Below, in pieces: positions 58,744 through 64,000 of a stretch of 64,000 nt of DNA (its first letter is position 1; each line of letters opens with the position of its first letter). A program made the translations under genes and the position numbers. The stretch comes from a virus. Location: the IMG/VR virus record IMGVR_UViG_3300021959_007960, positions 32,001-96,000 of that record, one strand, 5' to 3'. The notes beneath the pieces are model-generated. The model was not told the origin of the DNA, ran no database searches, and worked only from the letters and a program-made list of their open reading frames with translations.

Positions 58744-59094
58744 TTACCTTTCGATTCTATTTTCTAGTGCTTCTAAAGTTTTTCCTAAAGTAGCTATTTG
58801 TATTTTGAGTTCTGTCATTACTTCTGTATTTTTTTCTAATGCCCTAAATAATATATTAGTATCTTCTTTATGGCTGTTTAATCTTTCCATAATAAACTGT
58901 CTATCTTTAGCATATTGACTAGCCTGTGCTGTAGCAGCTATCATTTCTTCAACTTCTTTCCTGTTTACTAAGTTTTTAACAAAAGTAGTCCAAAATCCTA
59001 TAAGAGCAATTACAACACTGAACATTGATGTTGTAAAATTTTCAAAAAAATGACCTAATGTATTTGGATCTGGTTCTGACATGTGTTTCTCCAA
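58744..59094 (-). CDS. Single-TM coiled-coil protein (holin/hemolysin-like architecture)
   Basis: MFSVVIALIGFW TM plus C-terminal heptads. Confidence 0.55.
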   Translation of the reverse strand: MEKHMSEPDPNTLGHFFENFTTSMFSVVIALIGFWTTFVKNLVNRKEVEEMIAATAQASQYAKDRQFIMERLNSHKEDTNILFRALEKNTEVMTELKIQIATLGKTLEALENRIER

Positions 59095-59106
59095 TAATTA
59101 GTTATA

Positions 59107-59140
59107 ATAAAAGCCAGAGATGCCTTAACATCCCTGGCTT
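59107..59140 (-). terminator. Intrinsic terminator-like hairpin
   Basis: aagccagggatg-ttaagg-catctctggctt followed by T-rich sequence on the minus strand. Confidence 0.7.
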
Positions 59141-59150
59141 CTCTAAATGA

Positions 59151-59160
59151 TTTATACACC
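59151..59160 (-). promoter_or_regulatory. GGTGTATAAA putative phage promoter
   Basis: Intergenic copy of the motif at 58123. Confidence 0.45.
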
Positions 59161-59176
59161 TAAATAATAATTCAAA

Positions 59177-59701
59177 TTAAGTATTTTTGGCACTATATTC
59201 ATCTTGAATCGCAAGAGGACTACCATCACGATAAGCAAACTCACCGGGAGTAGCACGGCTTGGATTAGCAGCATTATCATTGCCAAAATCAGGATCGAGG
59301 CCAGATAGTACAGGACTAAACTCTCCACTGAAAGCATTCCATCTACCATCTCTAATAGCCGTTGTAAGATCGCTTACAATGATACCAGAAGTTTGGTGAA
59401 TAGCATCTCTTTGACTTGGAACAGCAGCACCAGCTTGCAAAATGGTGTTACTAATACCTCCAATAGTGGTATTTACTCTACGAATAACACCTCTAGGACT
59501 ATCAAAAGCAAGTGTTCCAGCACTAACCGATTCATCTACTTGGCTGTTGTCTACAACAGTGGATGCAAATACTGTTTTTTCACCGGAAAAGAAAGGTCTA
59601 TCAGTTAATAAGTCTGAAGTCCCAACATGCTTACCTACTCCACCGTTATTCTTGGTGCTGGTAGTTGTAACGGCTGATCCGTCTACTTGTTTAGTGGCCA
59701 T
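59177..59701 (-). CDS. Hypothetical (possible virion) protein
   Basis: 174 aa, Ser/Thr/Gly-rich, RBS ggaga. Confidence 0.65.
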   Translation of the reverse strand: MATKQVDGSAVTTTSTKNNGGVGKHVGTSDLLTDRPFFSGEKTVFASTVVDNSQVDESVSAGTLAFDSPRGVIRRVNTTIGGISNTILQAGAAVPSQRDAIHQTSGIIVSDLTTAIRDGRWNAFSGEFSPVLSGLDPDFGNDNAANPSRATPGEFAYRDGSPLAIQDEYSAKNT

Positions 59702-59773
59702 ATTAATTCTCCATATTTTAAAATTCGGGTTCTATAGCTATATGAACTAATACTACATTACCCCAAAGTAGAT

Positions 59774-60430
59774 TTAAATTCTATATTTTTGAGAAATATT
59801 AGCTAAAATCTGTGTATTATTGACCCTAAAATGAGTAATTTTATTTTTTTCTAATAAATTTAGATGATTATCGTTATAAATGTTAGCATTAGGAATTGTC
59901 TTAATTTCAGGTATTTCCTTCTCTATCATGGCTACTGCTATTAAATGGTCGAAAATATCGTCTAATTTATCTCCAGTAGATAGGTATATATCATTGAGAT
60001 CAAATTTAATCAAATTTTTTATAAGCCTATATAAACAAGCATAATTATATGATCTATATTCTAGAATATAGTGCAAATCCACAGAATTATTAGAACATAA
60101 TTCATAGCATTTAGAAATATCTGTTTTAATTTTAACGGTTTGCTTATTATTGATTAAAAAAGAAGGGGTTACCACTTCTATAGACTGACAGCCATCGGTA
60201 ATAGCCTGATTAATGATTTCTAATTTATGAGAAGTTTGAAGAACACCTAAAGGGAAATCTACAATAGCAGATATAACATATCTATCTTTAAAATGATTTT
60301 TAATACATTTAACATAAGGGGGTAAGCAAGCAATTTTTTTAACAAAATTATGCTCTTTTATTTTTTCTAAAGTATTAATCACTTCTTCGTTAGATAGTAC
60401 TGAGTCTGTACACTGAAATTCTATATTCAT
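59774..60430 (-). CDS. Degenerate DeoC-like TIM-barrel protein
   Basis: CLPPYV, VDFPLG, AITDG..IEVV, ILE, YLSTG (catalytic Lys of KTSTG absent). Confidence 0.65.
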   Translation of the reverse strand: MNIEFQCTDSVLSNEEVINTLEKIKEHNFVKKIACLPPYVKCIKNHFKDRYVISAIVDFPLGVLQTSHKLEIINQAITDGCQSIEVVTPSFLINNKQTVKIKTDISKCYELCSNNSVDLHYILEYRSYNYACLYRLIKNLIKFDLNDIYLSTGDKLDDIFDHLIAVAMIEKEIPEIKTIPNANIYNDNHLNLLEKNKITHFRVNNTQILANISQKYRI

Positions 60431-60469
60431 TTTACTGTTCTCTTAGTATATTTTCTATTTATCAATACA

Positions 60470-61102
60470 CTATTTGAGAACCTTATCTGCAAAACCATAA
60501 TACACAGAATCTTCAGCATTTAAAAACCAATCTCCATCTTTTAATTTTCTTTTCAACCAAGCGTTTACTTTTGATATGCTGTCTTTTGTACCTCCATATT
60601 TTTCTTTAAAATATTTACCTTTGTAACAATTGCTTGAATAAATATCAAACATAATATTACAAATATTTTTTTCAAACCTAACCCAATTTTGTACATTCAA
60701 ATATTCTCCATTAGCATCAGTTGTTCCATAATGAGGCATGAAGTAACTATGACGAGACATAATTCTTTCATCAGCAGCTTGTAAAATAATACTACTCATA
60801 CTTTCTGCTTGACCATATACAATAATTTTTACATAAGATTGACACATAGCAATAGCGTCAAAGATAGCCATACCATCCGACCATTCTCCACCAACACTAT
60901 TCATGTGTATAGTAATTTCATCGTTAGATTTTTTCTCTAGTATTTTTATATTCTTTAAAAAAACATTAGCCATTCTATAGTCAACGCCGGGATTTTCTTC
61001 TTCAGATGAGTAATAATTGTGTAAAAATATTTCTCTAGAGTGTAAAGATGCCCCGTAGTTGTGCATATCTTGTAAAATATCTGAATTATTATAATAGTTC
61101 AT
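60470..61102 (-). CDS. clpP: ClpP-family serine protease
   Basis: MNSVGG, GMAIFD, AESMSS (Ser), MPH (His), DWFLNAEDSVYYGFAD (Asp). Confidence 0.88.
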   Translation of the reverse strand: MNYYNNSDILQDMHNYGASLHSREIFLHNYYSSEEENPGVDYRMANVFLKNIKILEKKSNDEITIHMNSVGGEWSDGMAIFDAIAMCQSYVKIIVYGQAESMSSIILQAADERIMSRHSYFMPHYGTTDANGEYLNVQNWVRFEKNICNIMFDIYSSNCYKGKYFKEKYGGTKDSISKVNAWLKRKLKDGDWFLNAEDSVYYGFADKVLK

Positions 61103-61530
61103 ATTATACTTTTTTGTATGACGTGATTAAGTAAAATATTAAAATCCATATCGGGGCTAAAACCACTATGCTGAGTGCTGTTTACTACTTTTGTCCATTG
61201 AAAATCCTCTAAACATTTGTATTGCAGAAGAATCCCTCCATAACAAACGATTAAGTCTTCTTTTTCTACAAAGTCAAAATTTTTATGAACATACTTGCAA
61301 GTTAATTCGTCTTGTATAGAAAGAAAATTATACTTACAAGCATCATTGAATTTTATAGAGCCTGCTTCAAAAAAGTTAACTATATGTTGCATAGCTTCCT
61401 TATGAAAGAACTCTGTATATTTAATTTCGACAAGAGGGACAATAAATTTTTCTCCCTTTAATGTTAATAAAAAACTTTCATTGTCTTTCGTATTTGCCGA
61501 AAAAATAATTGGTAAAATATAAACTTTCAT
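61099..61530 (-). CDS. Hypothetical protein
   Basis: 143 aa with ATGA coupling. Confidence 0.6.
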   Translation of the reverse strand: MKVYILPIIFSANTKDNESFLLTLKGEKFIVPLVEIKYTEFFHKEAMQHIVNFFEAGSIKFNDACKYNFLSIQDELTCKYVHKNFDFVEKEDLIVCYGGILLQYKCLEDFQWTKVVNSTQHSGFSPDMDFNILLNHVIQKSII

Positions 61531-62111
61531 ACAAATTCACCCTGTAGTTTTTTAATGCAGCTTTTAAGTGTCTGTCTAATTGCTTCTCTTGTTACTCCGT
61601 ATTTTTTGCCAACTTTAGCTAAACTATAACCTTCTAAATAATAAAGTCTAACTTTATCTTTTTGTTCTTGTGTTAATAATTTAGAATCAAAGATATCATT
61701 AATAGTCTGAAATTTTAAGTCTTCTTTTTCTTGGTCTAAAAGCTGTGTAATAGGTTCGTTCTGTCTTTCGTCTACTAGCAAATCAGTTAAATCCATTTCT
61801 TGATCTTGCACTAAATTGTTCAGGTAGACCGTTTTTCTTTTGAGTCTTTTTTTAAGATAGGTTTGAATGCCCCAAATAGCACATTGATTCCTATAAGAAT
61901 ATTGGGTTTTTGAAAGATTACTTATTTGCCCTTTTCTGTTAGGGTCATATTTCCAATCTCCCCACATAATAGCCTGAGCCACATCAGCAATTGCATCCTC
62001 ACTTTGAGACATCTGATAAGAAATGCCGGGACAAATTTTATCAGCAAAAGCCTTAATTGCTTTCTGTGCAATCTCTATATATTCTACCATATCCTTGTAT
62101 TCTGTTTCCAT
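61527..62111 (-). CDS. Phage RNA polymerase sigma factor (sigma70 regions 2 and 4)
   Basis: KYDPNR...YSY...WGI; region 4 LTQEQKDKVRLYYLEGYSLAKVGKKYGVTREAIRQ. Confidence 0.85.
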   Translation of the reverse strand: METEYKDMVEYIEIAQKAIKAFADKICPGISYQMSQSEDAIADVAQAIMWGDWKYDPNRKGQISNLSKTQYSYRNQCAIWGIQTYLKKRLKRKTVYLNNLVQDQEMDLTDLLVDERQNEPITQLLDQEKEDLKFQTINDIFDSKLLTQEQKDKVRLYYLEGYSLAKVGKKYGVTREAIRQTLKSCIKKLQGEFV

Positions 62112-62156
62112 AATTAAAAGTCCTATCTAAATTGTCAAAAACAAACGTGCTCAAAG

Positions 62157-62546
62157 CTAACTGTTCTGAGCTCTTTTCCATGCTTCTTTATTAGGTCTGT
62201 CTTTATCTCCAGGTTTTGCTGGTTTATATTTCTTACCTTCACGAAGCTTTTTCTTTCTAATATTCTCCCACAAACTTGCAGGAGCCATATCTTCTTTATC
62301 GTCATCAGAAGGAACATACTTTACAAAATCATGAATTGTTGTCATGTAGTCTTCTGTTATAGCAATTTTACCCTGTAACCAACTCTCTGTCAAGTTGTTT
62401 TTTACCATAGGATTTTCAAGATCAGCTAAGATAGACTGTGCTTTACGCATAATAGCATTTAGTGAACCGATATTCATTTCCAGAAAATCTTTTTTGTATT
62501 CTGATAAATTATCTTGTGCTTCAGATAGAATTTTGTATTTTCTCAT
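62157..62546 (-). CDS. Hypothetical protein with basic C-terminal motif
   Basis: SWLQGKI..EDY; SLWENIRKKK..KPGDKDRP. Confidence 0.7.
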   Translation of the reverse strand: MRKYKILSEAQDNLSEYKKDFLEMNIGSLNAIMRKAQSILADLENPMVKNNLTESWLQGKIAITEDYMTTIHDFVKYVPSDDDKEDMAPASLWENIRKKKLREGKKYKPAKPGDKDRPNKEAWKRAQNS

Positions 62547-63222
62547 AATATTTGCTCAGTATAGGGTAAATAGTTTGAATGATTTTTAGTGAGGCTTTAT
62601 TATCCGAAGGATAATGTACACCTTGTAATACACGAATATGGCCACATTTTTTTGCTAAAGAACGAAAAGACTGCCTTTTTTCAGGATATTTTTCACTTAA
62701 AATTTCCGCAGCCAAGCCTGCATACATGGTGTGACCACTAGGATATGCTGGTGTTCCATCACTACCAGTGCGTATAATATCAATAGGAATTTTATAAAAT
62801 TCTGCAATTTGAAAAGGTCTAGGTCTATTATAATAATATTTTAAATGATCAATTAATTCTTGTACAACTAAATTATATAAGGTAGCAAATTTATTATCTG
62901 GAAATATTAAATTATTACTATCTATAAAATCATTAAAAACAGAATTAGCATCCTCATCAACATCATAAACTAATTTGATCTGTTCACTAGTACGGTTTTG
63001 AGTAAGTGTACTAATATATGATATTTCTTTTTTAGTAGTAACCCCAGCATTAGACGGAGGCTTAGGCACAATATTAAATATGTCTATATTAGATAGTTCT
63101 GGAAAAGACATATGTACATACTTAGATTGTTTATAATCAAAATTTTGATCATAACGTAAATCATCAATATTAGAAATACTATATTGTAATTCTTTTTGAA
63201 CAGAGTGAATTAATCTAGGCAT
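62521..63222 (-). CDS. Soluble PAP2 / vanadium-haloperoxidase-like phosphatase
   Basis: KYYYNRPRP, PAYPSGH, RVLQGVHYPSD. Start taken at MPRL (track start 63282). Confidence 0.88.
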   Translation of the reverse strand: MPRLIHSVQKELQYSISNIDDLRYDQNFDYKQSKYVHMSFPELSNIDIFNIVPKPPSNAGVTTKKEISYISTLTQNRTSEQIKLVYDVDEDANSVFNDFIDSNNLIFPDNKFATLYNLVVQELIDHLKYYYNRPRPFQIAEFYKIPIDIIRTGSDGTPAYPSGHTMYAGLAAEILSEKYPEKRQSFRSLAKKCGHIRVLQGVHYPSDNKASLKIIQTIYPILSKYYEKIQNSI

Positions 63223-63226
63223 GTTA

Positions 63227-63742
63227 TTACCAGAACTTACAAGACCAATATCTTGCTTTATGTTTTGGCCCCGGGTTATCACAATTATGTCTAGCTCTAA
63301 AAGATTTTCGTCTAGCAGGATCGCTTTTTTTGATCTTCATGTTAGGATCGCCAAAGTTTACCTTAACGACATTACCTTTATCGTTTTTAACATAAACGCT
63401 TCTCTTCTTTGGCCCTTTAGGAGTCAGGAAAGGTTTGTTGAGAGTTACTTTTCTACCTTGGTATTCTGCTCCTAAAGCATTACCTTCTTCATCATAAACC
63501 ATTTCTGCTACAACCTCCTGAACAAATTCATCACACTCATCATCCCATGTAGCATTTGCAACTAATAATTCATCGTGAACATCTGATATTAAAGATGACT
63601 TGGTGCCTTCTTTAGCTTCTTTAACACAGTAGGCTATACGCTGCTTTGTGTCTGAAAAATCTTTTTTAGAATTCGGATCAGACATACAACGACTTACAAA
63701 TTTCTTTCGATCTTCACCGGGCTTATGTTTTGGTAGAGGCAT
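63227..63742 (-). CDS. Conserved phage hypothetical protein (DUF6321-like C-terminal domain)
   Basis: AEYQGRKVTLNKP...KVNFGDP...RRKSFRARHNCD...ARYWSC. Confidence 0.7.
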   Translation of the reverse strand: MPLPKHKPGEDRKKFVSRCMSDPNSKKDFSDTKQRIAYCVKEAKEGTKSSLISDVHDELLVANATWDDECDEFVQEVVAEMVYDEEGNALGAEYQGRKVTLNKPFLTPKGPKKRSVYVKNDKGNVVKVNFGDPNMKIKKSDPARRKSFRARHNCDNPGPKHKARYWSCKFW

Positions 63743-64000
63743 TTAACATCTCCTTAGATAAAATAGAGGCTGTATTATTCCATGTGTATTGTTTAACTGT
63801 TTCAAGACCTGCTGTATTAGTCTTGACACTATCTTTATACACCCTTTTCAGAAACTCTACAGTTTGATCCATTTGATTTGATCCTAAATCTGCCCATTGA
63901 CCCTCATTATTGAAAAATTTACCATCATCAGCACTGGTTAAATTATCAATTTCAATTAGCATACTATTATCTTTTGTACAATATTCTGTATGTGCTGAAT
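63723..64000 (-). CDS. 5'-truncated GT4-like glycosyltransferase (C-terminus)
   Basis: Frame is open to the window end: SAHTEYCTKDNSML...WA...YTWNNTA. Confidence 0.65.
   Translation of the reverse strand, partial: SAHTEYCTKDNSMLIEIDNLTSADDGKFFNNEGQWADLGSNQMDQTVEFLKRVYKDSVKTNTAGLETVKQYTWNNTASILSKEMLNASTKT

Noticed and set aside
26223-63475. Short plus-strand ORFs opposite the minus-strand genes
   Set aside because: Overlap well-supported genes on the other strand and have no motifs
1-64000. Stop-codon reassignment
   Set aside because: Standard-code ORFs tile the window densely, and TAA, TAG and TGA all end genes with coupled downstream starts

Overview
The window is a gene-dense, AT-rich segment of a large tailed dsDNA phage (Caudoviricetes; standard genetic code; no tRNA, rRNA, CRISPR array or integrase seen). 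Positions 1-25.6 kb (+ strand) form a tail module: a 2881-aa tape measure protein with repeated cassette-like motifs, a beta-roll tail fibre, two paralogous Cys-patterned tail proteins, a 2300-aa cadherin/SprB-repeat protein and a putative hub protein. Positions 25.6-64 kb (- strand) carry a complete replication/recombination set: a DnaE split into two genes without an intein around a DEDDh exonuclease, plus SSB, DnaB, primase, RecA, a Cas4/RecB-like nuclease and an annealing protein. The same arm carries nucleotide metabolism genes (class II RNR, dCMP deaminase, dNMP kinase, PhoH), about six glycosyltransferase-like genes, a sigma factor and ClpP. It also has a tightly coupled membrane-protein operon centred on a papain-like cysteine peptidase and a holin-like/ComEA fusion, which may be an unconventional lysis system. 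All product calls come from motif recognition by eye; no database searches were run. A PVC (Planctomycetota-like) host is a weak inference only.
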